Source: Eledone cirrhosa (taxonomy: Eukaryota). From it: a stretch of DNA of 64,000 nucleotides. This document shows positions 1 through 14,242 of this stretch, piece by piece. The DNA lies in assembly GCA_964016885.1 (NCBI GenBank), contig OZ024742.1, forward strand, positions 334,428,001-334,492,000, given 5' to 3'. The position numbers and the translations under genes were made by a program. Positions within the stretch are counted from its first letter, which is position 1. Each line of letters begins with the position of its first letter. Under the pieces are notes generated by a model. The model was not told where the DNA came from. It saw only the letters and a program-made list of their open reading frames with translations, and ran no database searches.

Positions 1-19
1 CGTGATTGATTCTTTAGAA

Positions 20-275
20 TGTGCCACTGACCAAGTAGGCAGTGAATTTTTTCAGTGCCCTGGAATCTAGTCCCCGCTCGCTTTTTTCCATCCACTGAAT
101 TATTATTTTTATATGGGTTCCTAGTGTCCGAGAATTGCCTGGGAACTTAGCTGAGAATACACTCCCTGATGACTGACGTAAGGATTTCTCTATGGTTGCG
201 TTGCGTAACTATATTTATTCCCTTACAGAAACTAATTAGTTGGTGTGAAAATTTTAGTAAGTTAATTTTAAAATT
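20..275 (+). mobile_element. Small non-coding HHR-bearing element (PLE pLTR/retrozyme-like), family A copy 1
   Basis: Diverged inverted homolog of 8990-9235 (shared AGTCCCCGCT, GAATTATTATT, CTCCCTGATGA, GAAACTAATTAGTTGG). Confidence 0.75.
160..247 (+). ncRNA. Type I hammerhead ribozyme with extended stem II
   Basis: CACTCC-CTGATGA-[GTAAGG...CCTTAC]-GAAA-CTAATTAG-TT-GGTGTG; palindromic stem III ACTAATTAGT; one mismatch in stem I. Confidence 0.75.
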
Positions 276-2015
276 GTCTCATTTTACGTCTTTCATGTGT
301 GCGTGTGTATTGTGTGGGCGAGTTATTTAGCGCATGATCGTGTTGTTCGGTTATTAGATGTCTAGGTTTTTTTAGGTGACCCTGCCGTATGAATAGGCAG
401 CATAACTAGTGGTACAGACCCATGTACATATTACCACCACCCAAACAATGCATACACAGTTCACGCAAACAAAATAAAATACAACACACGCATATCTTTC
501 TTACATCAATTTAAAGAAGGCAGTCTGTTTGTCAGTGTCAATTGAGGTGTAGCTATAACTTCTTTCCCTATGCCTTATGATTTCATTTCTGACCGAAGTC
601 CATAACTATTTCATTATTTTGTGATTGATAAATAGCTATCAGCACAGTGGTGGTGTAGCCATCTCTCTTTGTTTGTTAGAGAGAGGGTCTCTATTGGGTC
701 GACCTTCACTCACGACTGACTGGCCGTATAAATCCCTATGAAGCGAATGATATTTACTCCTAACTAATAAATGATTGTCGTTAATGGAAGTAGCATTAAT
801 CAATCCTGCGTGCTATCTTTTAATTTACAAGGATATACATTCTTTGTTGATTATGGTGAGAACAATTGTAGTAAATGAATCATCACGTGAACATTAAATT
901 TCTGAAAAGATTTTAATGAATTATAAAAATTAATTATAAAAACTAAACCGGTTTTACAGAAATATGACAATTCTGATGACCACGATGATGAATAGTGTAC
1001 GCTCTACATATAGTTATTTCTAATACCTGACTAGCCCACATTATGTGCCTAAAGTAGAAACAATTATATTACTAGACGAAGAAATCCTGCCTTATAAGGA
1101 ATAGGTCATCGATACTAGATATTTTCTTCATAAATAAATCTTTGCTCTCAATATTTATAAATCATTATCTCTAAAACATTGACAATAATAAATGTGAACG
1201 GTCATTGAAACTAATGGCCAATTCTACGAAAAACGGCAAACAAATTACCATTTTCAATATGGTTATTAACTATGTGATATGTGAGGGAATGGAAGGAGTG
1301 GGTAACAGAAAAGTGGTAAAGGAGATGTTCCTGTTATACAAATTAGATGGTAGGCGAAAAAGGATCTAATTATTATAATTAATATTTAAAATAGTCTTTA
1401 AATCTATTTCCTTGAAACCAATTTATTCAGTGATTCTTTAGATGGGAGAATCTGTTGACTACGTTATAAAAATAGATATAAAAGATTTGTTGGTGATGGA
1501 AAAGGAAGTGAATCATAACATATATCGTTCAATATTTGGTTGCGGAAGTAATAAAACTAAAGTCGGGAAGAAAGCATCATACCCAGACCTACCAACCTCT
1601 CAAAACCAAAACGGAGAGTACTATGAAATAAAGTGTCCGAGAACGGGGAGAAATGAGGCAAAACGGATATTTTACATAATGAAAGCTATACCCAGTTCCA
1701 CAAGAGAAGAGATCTCTCACCCACCCCAAATTAGGTTGTAGATATCCCCGTCCAATGGGGAGAGTTGACAGGACTGCATACCTCAAGCTGGAAACCCGTG
1801 ATATGGATTGATATATTCAGCGAGTAAAGCTAGTTGCACTCCACGACAATGCTGTCGCGCATTTATTTGTTAGTGCGGTAAAGTGGAGGTATGCCGTCCA
1901 ACTAGGAAAGTATAGGGTTTATATCACCATCCTCCCTTTTTTCTTGTTTCATGATATTCTATACCTATTTTAGCAATTAAATACAATTATGTATTTAATT
2001 GTTCTTAGATTGTGG

Positions 2016-2255
2016 TGGAGTGTGGCCCAGTGGTAATGGTGCTGAAGTTATGATGATAATGTCACGGGTTCGATTCCTGGACTGGGTTGCTCCAGTATAC
2101 TCAGATGAAAATGAGTACTAGCAATAGCTGGGGGCTTAACCATGCGATGGCCTAGTGTCCTGTCCAAGTGGAAATCTTGTACTCTCAGTCCCTTCACGGC
2201 ATGGAGCCGAGATAAGCACCGGCCTAACGAGCATTATGACTTAAGGCAAACTTTA
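2016..2255 (+). mobile_element. tRNA-derived SINE
   Basis: A box TGGCCCAGTGG, B box GGTTCGATTCC, then a non-tRNA body. Confidence 0.7.
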
Positions 2256-2933
2256 GGTTATTCTGGCATTTTAAATGATTCTTTAATCGGAGTGGGTTAA
2301 TTTTCAAAATGAATTATCATTACTATACACTGATGTATTCGGACTAGTGTTTCATCACTGTTGTAATAGTCACAACCAAACAGATCCGAACCTTTTATTC
2401 GAATCATGGGAGAAGGTGGTTCGTATTTTGTTGGTCATACCGGGAATATCCTCTCATTCGGTATTCCGCTTGCTCAATTAGGTAGGTAGGATGACTTCCA
2501 CTTTCATTAACAAATATACACACATATAGATATACGCTGGTAGCTATCAAATGTGTTCGGGCTTTAAGCCTCCTTTTGATATTTTTAATGAAGTTCACAC
2601 AGTTGCCAGCATTTTGATTAAGTCTTCCTTTAATGGATAGGTATTATCATTCCAAAACAGTTTCCAAGCCACGGAAAACAGACATGATCACTGCCCGTCC
2701 ATCCTTAACTAAAATATATGCATGCATACAAAAGGTGAAACCTACAAATCCACAGATACAAAGGTATGGATGTAGACATAATTGAAAGTGCAAACCAAAG
2801 CATATATACTTATATGGTTACCAAGTTGACCTTTCACTAAATTGCAACTAAATACTTCTGAGTTGGAACACTGCTCTGTTTATATCGGTCGAAACTTCTA
2901 AAAATAAAGCACAGTTTGTATGAAAATATACAC

Positions 2934-3172
<239 letters not shown>

Positions 3173-3778
3173 TCAGGTCACCAACTTGTGCTACTGGTAA
3201 CATGTATCCCAGTACAACCTGTCTCATGGTCGGGTCGTTGGCGACTAAACTGGCAACCCCACCAAGGTTTCTTGGTGATAGGGTGACTTTGGACATCCTG
3301 CAGGACTAAAAACAAAACCTGTCAAAGGGCAAAGGAGCTCTTAAGAGTCAATGGCCATCCAAAATCACCGGGAGAGATGACCCCTTAGCCTTTGTCAAGG
3401 CAGAATTCTAGGAGAAGGAAAACTCTGATATAACACCTGCAACCCTGATGGTATCCAATGATGTTGACTTGTTCTTCTTTTTGGTAAATATCATCTTGGT
3501 TAAGAGAGTGGAACTGGCTTTGTGCAGTGCCTTTGCTCACTATAAAAGCTTCACGGCACAGGCATTGCTTTATATCTGGAGATCTCTCTGCACTTGTCGT
3601 CACATGGTACCATGGGCCTAGCACTATGTGTCAATAATTGTCACAAGTGTAGTGTTTGTACCAGAGTTTTCAAGTCGCTGGCTGGACTAAAAAGTCACAC
3701 TCGTTTAGCGCATCAGTAGGGGTTCTCCTACATGGATATAAAGTAGTGGCCGTACTCGAAAACGAGTTGGCAGCCACC

Positions 3779-3779
<1 letters not shown>
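3173..3779 (+). mobile_element. Internally deleted RTE-clade LINE (5' UTR-like part joined to 3' end)
   Basis: 3648-3719 translates to CSVCTRVFKSLAGLKSHTRLAHQ* (C2H2 motif typical of RTE ORF C-termini); TAGGAGAAGGAAAACTCTGA resembles RTE 5' UTRs; flanked by TA tracts. Confidence 0.6.
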
Positions 3780-3813
<34 letters not shown>

Positions 3814-4358
3814 CATACATATATATATACATATATATATACATATATAAATATATATATATATATATATATGTTTATATATATGTTTATCCCGGGTTCA
3901 ATATGTAAGGATGTGGATGCTGGTATATATATGGGTGCGTGTGTATACGTGTGTGTATATATGCGTGAGTGTGTGTATAGCTGAATTATATGAATATAAA
4001 TGAGTTGGGTGGTCATGTAGAGAAGGATAATGAAATAGATTGATATTCATTTATTCCATTTACTTGTTTATATACTGTCAAATTGTTTGAAAACTTTCGT
4101 CAACTATACACACGGATGTGCATTTGTACATACTGGGTGTCCCCCAAAAATGTATACGCACTTTTATTAGAATGCTGATGAACACATATATATATATATA
4201 TATATAAATATATATATGTATATATATATATGTATGGATATATATATGTGGGTGTGTATATATATGTTTATGTGTGTGTGCGTGTGTGTGTGTGTTTGTA
4301 TGTGTATATATTTGTATACGTGTGTACGTGTGCATACTTATATATATGTATGTTTATA

Positions 4359-4436
<78 letters not shown>

Positions 4437-4656
4437 AACGTGTATGCTTATGTATGTATATTTACGTATGTCTCCGGTGTGTATTTATCATAACTAAACA
4501 TATACGGATTAATATTTTTCACATTCATTATGTTGCGCCTTGTTTACGTTCTGTTATACAAACACACGCACACAAATATAACTATGATTATATGTATATA
4601 TGTGAGTGTGTGTGTGTGTTGATATATGAAGGCGTTTTTGTGTTCAAATTATATAT

Positions 4657-4845
4657 GGTGGTAGATTGGCAGTATCGGTAGAGGGTCGGACGCCATGCTT
4701 TCTACCATAGTTACGTCCCTTTACGTTCTGAGTTCAAATCCCGCCGAGGTTAACTTTGCCTTTCATCCTTACGGGATCGATAAAATAAAGTACCAGTAAT
4801 ACACTGTATATTTGCTGGCTTTGTACCAAAAGTAGAAACAATTAT
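4657..4845 (+). mobile_element. tRNA-derived SINE, family S1
   Basis: TGGCAGTATCGGTAGAG ... GAGTTCAAATCCCGCCGAGGTTAACTTTGCCTTTCATCCTTACGGGATCGATAAAATAAAGTACCAG; at least 11 copies in the window. Confidence 0.85.
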
Positions 4846-5386
4846 ATATATAATATTGCCGACACACACACAAATATATATATATGCATATTGAGGAAAG
4901 GGAGGCGTCAATATATTTTAAAAAGATGAATCTTAAGAAAGTAGCCAGAAGATGTGTGTCTGTGTCTTTGTTTTTGTCTGTGTGTCTAGCCTGCTATAAA
5001 GAAGCTTCAAGTTTAGATAAATAAACAAAGTTGATATATGTTCAACCTGGTTCTGTTAACTGTGAAAACAATCGCATTATCAGTTCGACCTTTATGACGG
5101 TGAAGTCACAACTATTCATATTAAACTGCAGAAGCGACAGTCAGCTCATGGCATTTCAATATTCGGTGAAACCTGTGGTAGTCTACACGTATTTTAATAG
5201 CTTACGATTCCTAATGTTTCTCTTTTTTCTTGGTCGCTCAAAGAGATCTAAATATTATATTCACCGAGCTCTCCCATCTCTACTTGCGACTGGATATATT
5301 TTCTTAATTAAGAAGTATGTTAGCATATACTCTCCTATTTTCAATTAGGTTCTGACAGTTCTATCGCTAAATTTTATTACCCAATC

Positions 5387-5546
5387 ATTGGCAGTATCGG
5401 TAGAATATGCTTTGAGGGATAGAGTTACGGCCCTATACGGTCTGAGTTCAAATCCCACCGAGGTTATTTTGCCTTTCATCCTCACGGGTTCGATAAAATA
5501 AAGTACCAGTAATGCACTGGGATAATTGCTGTCATTGTACCAATTA
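5387..5546 (+). mobile_element. SINE family S1
   Basis: Homologous to 4657-4845. Confidence 0.8.
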
Positions 5547-5795
5547 TATGTATATGTATATATACTTTTAAAATCAAAAATGGGTTTACCTAATCTTTAC
5601 GAAACCACAGTATCTAGGCAAATATGTGTGAGTGCTGACGAATAGTAAAGGATGTAAAATTTTGAAATAGAAATATCTTACTCAAGTGCTGATCTTTCTG
5701 TAACATGATCACCACTTAAAATAACCACAGCGAGAATTATACGTTAACATATTGTATATCAATACATTTACGGCTTTATTGATAATCTTAGTGAA

Positions 5796-5990
5796 TGCGC
5801 GTGGCTGATTAGCAATCGTGAGGTTGTGAGTTCGATTACCGGGCCGGGATATGCGTTATGTCCTTGGGCAAAACAATTTATTTTACGTTGCTCCTTCTAC
5901 CAGGAGTTGCGACCCGTAGAGAGTATTATCAATTAGAAAGACCATTGGAAACATTGTTTCCTCGGTCCGATTTGTCGAAATGCGATCGAC
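5796..5990 (+). mobile_element. tRNA-derived SINE, family S2 (CORE-like)
   Basis: GCGCGTGGCTGA...GAGTTCGATTACC...TGTCCTTGGGCAAAAC; homologous to 15335-15542 and 45693-45975. Confidence 0.7.
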
Positions 5991-6630
5991 TGTCATTGAT
6001 AATCTAAATATATTTTACAGAATAACAAAAATTACGAATTCAAATAATATTTTCGCAGTGATAGTTAAGGCAGACAAATAAGCTACGTGTTTCTCTCAGT
6101 AGGGGTAAATCAAATATCAACGAATGTTCCGTAATAATTTATTTCGACATTAAACATGAAGTTCAGCAATATGGAGGATGGAAATGTGTATTACACCAAC
6201 GCCAAGCCTGACTGATCCTTTATCAGCCCCGTAAGTATAACATGCAAATATAGTAACGGTGAGATTTGAACTCAGATAGTAAGACACCGGGAAAATACTG
6301 TTTCGCATTTGTCCAACCTTCTAATATCTCTCCCAATTCAGCGCTGTCTGTGATCACAAAATATTGCTACCGGGTGTTTTAGTGTCGTTAGTACCTCTAA
6401 TGTTAACAAAATAGGGTCAAATGATATTTACTTCCAACCGATAGAGTGACCGCTTGCATTGTTTCCAAAGCCAGACTGATCACAGAATAAGAGTTTCGTC
6501 CACAGTGATAATTATATTTATTTTAGTGAATTTACACCTCCAACATTTTTTTGGCAAGGTTAGACAAAGCAACTCACCAAACATGAACACCTCCACGAAC
6601 TTGGAATTGTGGTGGGAATCGCAGATACGT

Positions 6631-6646
6631 GTGTGAGTAGCTGCAC

Positions 6647-6684
<38 letters not shown>

Positions 6685-6700
6685 GTGCAGCTACTCACAC
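6631..6700. repeat. Perfect 70-bp palindrome centred on (AT)15
   Basis: GTGTGAGTAGCTGCACGTGT-(AT)15-ACACGTGCAGCTACTCACAC. Confidence 0.95.
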
Positions 6701-7238
6701 CACCCCGACAACCCACTCCACGCCCCACCCACCAACCAAGAACTCGACACTAAACTCATCAGGCTAAAACACTCCATCTCGGATATACTTCACAAACACA
6801 CACACACGCACAAAACATAACCTCACCAAATCTCAACTCACCACTCTCTCCAACCTAAAATCGAAGAACATCATCTATCTCCCCTCCGACAAGGGAAAAG
6901 AATTCTGCGTCATCAGCAGAGAGGCCTACAACACCCTGGCCCTCCAACACCTTGACGATGACAACCTCTACTCCAAGGTCACGGGAATCACTCCCGCGCA
7001 GATAGAAGAGCACATCAACGCCGCCTGGACCAACATCTGCGACCGGCGGAAGCTCCCGAAGAAGCTGAGATACAACCTCCTCACGAGGAACAGCAGACTA
7101 CCCGCCTTCTACCACCTCGTGAAAACACATAAACAGGGACCCGACCGGAAGTTCAGGCCCATTGTATCGAGCGTGGAGGGACCACTCTACAAAATTTCAT
7201 GAATCCTAGCCAGAATACTCAAACCCATCTTAGACACC

Positions 7239-7805
7239 TTGCCGGGACACGTTAACAGCTCGCTCACAGACAGAGTAGGAGACACCAGACGCAAGAGACA
7301 GAGAGGCACCCAAGGCAAGTGCTTCCTTAAAATGCCACACCTGGGCGAGAATACCACCAACGCTATCCGCAAGGCTATACGGATGGAGGGCCTCGACATC
7401 CACCTGGCCCACACGGGCCCCTCCCTGCGAAGATGCCTCTCCAGGAAACCCGGGAAATCTACTGACGCGTGGTCCCTCAGAGACTGCCCAATTCGCAATG
7501 CGAACTGTTGCCTACGCACATACGTCGTGTATAAGATAGAATGTGACAGGTGCAACCAATACTATGTAGGTAGCACAATCCGACCTTTGCACATCCGGAT
7601 CAAGGAACACACTAAAACCAGGGCCTCGTCTTTCCGGAAACACATAGACAAATGCGGAAACAAAGACGGAAGGCCCATTGTCACAATTCTAGCGACTGAA
7701 AGAAACATCGGCATGTTACGTATCAAGGAAGCGCTTTTTATCAAACGTCTTGCACCGCAAATAAACAATCGATCCGAGAGAAGCGAAATGAAGTGGCTGA
7801 TTTAA
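7239..7805 (+). pseudogene. PLE GIY-YIG endonuclease remnant
   Basis: VVYKIECDRCNQYYVGSTIRPLHIRIKEH motif. Confidence 0.85.
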
Positions 7806-8136
7806 GTTAACAAACGATGAAACAACACACACACACACACACACACATACACAAACGAGACAACTACACACCCACACGCACACACAGTAGCATTCCACCA
7901 TACGAACATACTACACAGCCAATACAGAGGAACAAGCAACAACACACACACACACACACTCAAGCGAGACAACAACACACGCACACACACACACACAGTA
8001 ACATTTAACAAACAGGCAGAGAATGGGCTGACAGCTAGCACCACCCCACTCCCACATTAGGCCGCTGACCTCTGCCCGACCAACCCCATTTCACGCACAC
8101 GCGCGCTCTGCTGAATGCCTCCACCCCGGAAAAAAA

Positions 8137-8174
8137 CCTCAGTTGATGGATGTGAATCCGAAATATATATAGGG
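8137..8174 (+). ncRNA. Degenerate minimal hammerhead in the PLE1 3' UTR
   Basis: CCT-CAGTTGA(T)-GGAT gtga ATCC-GAAA-TATATA-TA-GG; two core mismatches relative to CTGATGA. Confidence 0.5.
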
Positions 8175-8536
8175 ACAATTAAATCTCTCCCAAGGTAACT
8201 CTCTCTCGTGTTCTTATTTTTATTTTATCCTTTATACTCTTTCCTTCATTCTTCTACACGTCTTATACACACCACGCATCTCAACGTACACCCACTTACA
8301 TCTCTCTCTCCACCACCGGATCTTGTTACCCGGAGATTTACCCATTTGCATTGTCGAGGCTTCCAAACGACTTAAAGATATTTACCTATTATTCCACAAT
8401 GGTTCAAGCAAACTTCAATACTCTCTTATATATATATATATATATAGTAATAATAATATATTTGAAGACTAAAATCCAAAGAGGGCTCGATAACGATAAA
8501 TATATATCAAATATATAAGAAGCGTAGAGCAAATAT

Positions 8537-8670
8537 TTATTAAAATAACAGATTAAAGTTTAAGCAAAGAATAGATGCTTTCACCCTTGACGGGAACTTC
8601 TGAAAGTAACAGAAGTTCCCGTTAAGGGTGAAAGCAGCGATTCTTTGCTTAAACTTTAATCTGTTATTTT

Positions 8671-8675
<5 letters not shown>
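8537..8675. repeat. Fold-back (66-bp arms, 7-nt loop) with degenerate HHR
   Basis: TTATTAAAATAACAGATTAAAG...GAACTTCTG aaagtaa CAGAAGTTC...CTTTAATCTGTTATTTTAATAA; the right arm has CAGAAGT-TCCC gttaa GGGT-GAAA; a relative lies at 50550-50675. Confidence 0.85.
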
Positions 8676-8741
<66 letters not shown>

Positions 8742-8903
8742 TCTTTGAATATCCATTTATTATAATTTCTTAAATAACACGGCAAGGTAGTGATGGTTAT
8801 GGTTCCACAAACAAAATCCTTTTCATTACGAACCCGTTCACCAAACCACTCTGCTACACACACACAGATACACACACACACATAGACGCGCACACATATA
8901 TAT

Positions 8904-8956
<53 letters not shown>

Positions 8957-8989
8957 CTTAAAATAAGAAAATTTAAAAAAAATTTTTTT

Positions 8990-9235
8990 TTTTAAATTAA
9001 CTTACTTAAATTTTCACTCCAACTAATTAGTTTCTGCAATGGGATAAAGACAGTTACGTAATCTAACTGTCGAGAATTCATTGCGTCATCAGGGAGTCTA
9101 TTCTCACCTAAGTCTCCAGGCAATGCGCGGACACCGGGGACTCATATAAAAATAATAATAATTCGGTAGATGGAACAGCTAGCGGGGACTGAATTCCATG
9201 TACTGAAATCCTCGCTGCCTCTAGTCAAATGGCCG
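8990..9235 (-). mobile_element. HHR-bearing element, family A copy 2
   Basis: Reverse-complement homolog of 20-275. Confidence 0.75.
9016..9097 (-). ncRNA. Type I hammerhead ribozyme with extended stem II
   Basis: Minus strand: ACTCC-CTGATGA-C-GCAATG..GACAGTTA gattacg TAACTGTC..CATTGC-A-GAAA-CTAATTAG-TT-GGAGT. Confidence 0.85.
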
Positions 9236-9482
9236 ATATATAATGGTAGATATATTAAATTATCTATATATATATTAATATATATATATTCTACATATAA
9301 ATGTGTGTGTGCGTGTGTAAATATATATGCTATTAAGTTAGACATGGCCTGGGCCAATACTGGCCAAAATCTATCAAAGTCATCAAAGTTATATTATGTA
9401 TATATAAAGTGTGGGGATCATAGATTAAATGATAGCCTGAAAATACATATGGAGATAAACATATATTGATGCAGATAGATAT

Positions 9483-11875
9483 ATTTATTTATTTGCCACA
9501 AGGGGTACGAGAAAAGAGGACAATACAAAGACACATGCCGGGAATTTTACATAAAGTCGTGTAAAAATACTGAAACAAACAATTATAACAATCGAAATCC
9601 CCAATAAGGGGGAGGTGCCACAAATGGATTGTTTACTGCCCCGTCGATAAAACAACCATCAACTTCAGGAGCGTGTTGTGCAAGAGCTCCCTTCTTCCTT
9701 TTGCTCTCTTCTTTAACCTACAGGCTTATAAACAGAGAAGGGCCAATCACTCGGGCCCTTTTCGCTTCATTTACCCACCTTTCAGTAAATTTACTGGGGT
9801 GCAGTGCCTCTCTCTCCACTCTGATTCTCCTTCTAAAGTGATACTTAAAGAAGGGAATCAACTGTGTTGTCCGGAGAGAAAGGCATCTGTTCTCAGTCCT
9901 CTCAATCTCGTCCACCATATAACCTCTTTCACCATAACCACTGTATATAGGAAAACCGCCTCTCTTTCGTTTTTGAAAGAGGCTGGCGGTTTGATCTTTA
10001 CTATGAACTCGGCAGTCAACTGGATTTGTCCCATATGCGACAGCAGTTACTCTGCATAGTTCCATAGGTCGGTTACGCCCGGGCAGTGTACAATTGCGTG
10101 CAAGACGGTTTCAATGTCCTGCTCGCATCTTGGACACGTCCTCTTGGAAGGATCCCTGCCGGCGCGTCCGTGCCTGTAGATCTTATCTCGAACGGGTAGA
10201 GCTACTCGGTAGCACTACCAGGCCAGGGACCTCTGAAAGTTGTCCATGGGTCTCGGGCGGAATGTCCTACCGAACAGACTGGTGAGCTCGTCGTTTTCAA
10301 CGCCTAGAGTCTCCCCGAGCACGTCGTTGCAGTGGTAAATTACTAACCCTCCATAGAATGTCGAAGTGGAGTCTCTACTGATTGCTGTGCCCGCTTGACA
10401 GAGGACTGTGAGCGACTGGGCGCATTCAATGTGCCAGAGGCCCATCTTGTTCGGTCTTCGCTTCACCCAAGACTGCAGCTCCGTCAGCGAGACAAGTTGT
10501 GGGAAGGCCTGTCTCACAAACGGTGCCCACACCGGTCGGTCGGTGAGGAATACCTGGAGATGCCGTAGCCTCAGCGCATGTTTGCGCATCATTAGCCACA
10601 GCATGCCCAGTTATCCATTGGAAGGGTGTTAACAGCAGACGGATCTCATCACCACTGGAGCCTGCATCTTCTAAAGGAATTGGAAGAGCATGCGTTCCAT
10701 CTTGGTGAGGTTTCACGAGGACAAGGTACGACAGTCAAGCGGTAGTAGATGACGGATGCTATGCAAGTGTTCGCCACCTCCGCTCGAACTTTCAAGGACA
10801 GTTTGCAGTCTTTCCACTTCTGGGTGAGCGCAAATACCTTGGCCATGACCTCGTTCTAGTTTTTCTCCACCTGGAGTTCTGGACTGAATCAGACCCCGAG
10901 CAATTTCACCGGTCCTTCCGTCCAGCGTCCGACGACGCTGTCGGACGGCATCGGTTTGCCTCTCCACATACCGAGTTGCAAACCGACAGACTTGTCCGGG
11001 TTCAGTCTTGCTCCTGTAAACCTTTGGTATTCCTGTAGTAGGTTGCCGATTACCTTGATTTCCAAGGTTTTCGATACCATTACCGTCACGATGTCGGCAT
11101 AAGCCGACGCCGCTTTTCGCAGTCCCGGTTCTAAATGGATGCCCTGCAAAAGCTCCAACTTCCGCAGTAGTGGCTCTAGAGTCAATAAGTACAGAATGGA
11201 GGCGAGAGGGCATCTCTGTCGAATAGAACGCATAATTGCGAACGGCTCCTATAGATAGCCGTTCACCTTGACCCTCGAGCAGATGCTGGTGTGCATCGCC
11301 TTGATCCAGCCCCTGAAAACGGGACCGAAACTGGCCGCCTTGTGAACCGCTTCCAAGTATCGATGGTCGACCCTATCGAATGCCTTAGACTGATCTAACT
11401 TGATCAGCGCCCCACCGAAGCCGGGTTTACACCCTACCCTCTCTATGATGTATCGTATGAGGTGAAATTTGTCGTGTATGAACCTGGTCGGGATTGCACA
11501 CGTTTGCGCTTTCCCTACCAGGTTTTCGACGACAAGCGCCAGCCTCGTTGCTAGCACCTTGGCCAAAATCTTTAACTCTGTGTTGAGCAGAGTTATGGGC
11601 CTGAAATTGTTTATTTCGTCCCTCTTGTGCTCGTCTTTCCTGACCAGCCCTACTACGCACTTGCCTGCATAACTGGTAATTGTCCGGTTCTGCTGCCAAT
11701 TGCAGTAGACGGCTTCGAGGACGCCAGAGAACAAGTCCGGCATGCCTATGTAAAACTCATAGGATAGACCATCTAGCCCGGGTGTTTTGCGTTTTCCGCA
11801 CCGAGCCAGAGCGTCCCGTATCTCAGTGGCTATGATCGGTCTTTCGAAGAACTCGGCGTCCACAAATGTCACTAT
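9483..11875 (-). mobile_element. 5'-truncated, degraded L1/Tx1-clade LINE (ORF2 RT plus zinc knuckle)
   Basis: TPGLDGLSYEFY, FRPITLLNTELKILAKVLATRL, LDQSKAFDRVDH, QRCPLASILY, AYAD; CPRCEQDIETVLHAIVHCP near 10080-10140; stops and frameshifts. Confidence 0.9.
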
Positions 11876-12041
11876 GAATTTACAAATATATATATGAACA
11901 TGATTATAATATGCACACACCAGTCACACATACACATACCTAAATTATTGTAGTTAGGAAAGCATATGTATATATATATATACATATATATATATGCACA
12001 CACACACACACACACATATATTTATATATATATATATAGTT

Positions 12042-12099
<58 letters not shown>

Positions 12100-13873
12100 C
12101 TTAAATTAAGACATGACACGGACTAACGCAGGGGAACGCATTTTTTGGGGCGAACTCAATTTATTCAACCTACAGTTTTTCAACGAAACATACAATATGC
12201 ATATACACATACAATATAGGCATACATCATACTGTCACATATAGACATATACAGATACACATTCAGCATGGCTTTCAATAACTCAAAATCCTTCTTACTT
12301 ATTTCTCTGACTCAGCGCTGAATAATTCCCTTATTTTCTCCTATAGAATCATAGGTTTACGGAAGGAAGCACAACAGAAAAGTGTCGGCAAGCAAAGATG
12401 GCATCGCACGTGTTGCCGTGATTAAAATGTTCTCGCGTGGAAAATATATGAATACATACATAATTATATGCTTACATACATATAACAATATGTGCTTACA
12501 TACATATATAAACTTAGGGAGGATTTTGAGGCAAGACATTTCCTTCGATAATTTACTGGGTGTTTCTTTTGATTTTTGTTTTATATATATATATTGGAAG
12601 AAAATAGCGAATCAACAACTACTTTTTAAAAAATTTATTTTAGAATAACGCTGTGGCAAATAAAGCCTGGCGTATATATGCATTTGCACGAATATATACA
12701 CAATATATGTATGTGTGTGTGTGTGTGTCTGTGTGTATATGTGTGTGTATGCGCGTATGTGTGTATATGTGTTTGTATGTGTGCGTGTGTGTGTATATGT
12801 GTGTATCTGTGTGTGTGTGTATGTGTGTTTGTCTCTGTGTGTGTGTGATTACATTTATATATATATATAGAACACTTTTTTCGTGTTCGACCAATTGCCA
12901 GGCAATATGATCCATATTATTGTGTGTTGATCAAAATTATTCTTGTATCTTCATATTTACAATTTTAGTTGAGCTGCCTTATGAACCTTACGAGAATGTA
13001 TACATAAATAAATGATTAAAAGGATGAATGCCTAGGTGCATGGATGGATCTGTCGATGTATTAAAAGAATATGTTGCTAGCTCGAACCATTGTGAAAATC
13101 GTGAGGGGCGAGATCTCTGATTTAGGAATATGGATAGAGGGCGTCAAAAAGGGATCTTAGAGTGGATAATGCAGTAGACTAAAAAAACAGAAAGAATAGT
13201 TTCAATATAGAAACGTGTGTAGTCACATCAACAAACGATATAATGGTCAACGTGTGAGTTTATATGATTTCTCAAATTTCTAGAAATAGCAGGCAAATCA
13301 CTCATATCACGCCATACTGTTTTAAAGTGGGTTCGAACATTAGATAATACGATTTTTGGTTTACCTATGGAGCCTTAACTCCTGAATCAATCATAGGAAT
13401 TATGTCGTGTCTTGGGGATATAATTCTAGGAGAGGCTATCAATCCGAACGTTTCGACAGAATCGATACGTTCCAGAGAAATAGAAAGAAAGAGGACAATA
13501 AAGAGCGAAAAAGTGATATAAAAAAGAATCGACACCAGAACTGAGCTGGTATATGAAAGACAAGGTGTTGAACAGTGCGATTGGAACTCAGGGGTGAAAT
13601 AGCATGAATCAATACTACAAGACATTCCATGCTACATTTAAATGGGTCTGCCAGATGGGTACCCATTGTCACAACTGTTAGTGAATGCATGCATATATTA
13701 TTGATTTTCTGAAAACTATAGGAATGTTTATACACACACACATATATATATAAACACACACTCACACACACATGGAGATGAGAACCCGTTGGGTAAAACG
13801 TGCGTCCTCGAGCATGGTTTGCTAATTTGTTGTGGAACTAAATTTATATACGTATATATATAAACACACACAA

Positions 13874-13956
<83 letters not shown>

Positions 13957-14009
13957 TAGGGAAAGTTATATACACACTTATACATATATATATACATATG
14001 CGCACGTAA

Positions 14010-14100
<91 letters not shown>

Positions 14101-14101
<1 letters not shown>

Positions 14102-14242
14102 CGAAGGAAATGTGGTAAGGAACCAGGTGGACCATAACGCACCAAAGTACTCAATACTTGAGGTAGTAGAGTGGGTAATAGGAACCAGTAAGACCCCGAC
14201 AGCTAACGGCTTGAGCTCAGCTGTCGGGGTCTTACTGGTTCC

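Larger units (their letters stand above)
6701..8428 (+). mobile_element. Penelope-like element 1, internally deleted (N-terminal RT part plus GIY-YIG endonuclease)
   Basis: 6819-7266 reads IIYLPSDKGKEFCVI...PAFYHLVKTHK...FRPIVSS with a W>TGA stop at 7200; ORF 7239-7805 has VVYKIEC..YYVGST.R.L..R..EH and EALFI...PQIN; the RT catalytic core is missing. Confidence 0.9.

Noticed and set aside
970-995. Isolated CTGATGA matches (also near 6766-, 43468-, 43581-, 56159+)
   Set aside because: No stem II/GAAA/stem III/stem I can be formed.
1442-1786. Short ORFs as a transposase or host exon
   Set aside because: No recognisable motifs or splice support.
7200-7202. In-frame TGA in PLE1 as selenocysteine
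   Set aside because: It sits at a position that is usually Trp (TGG>TGA) in a copy already lacking the RT core.
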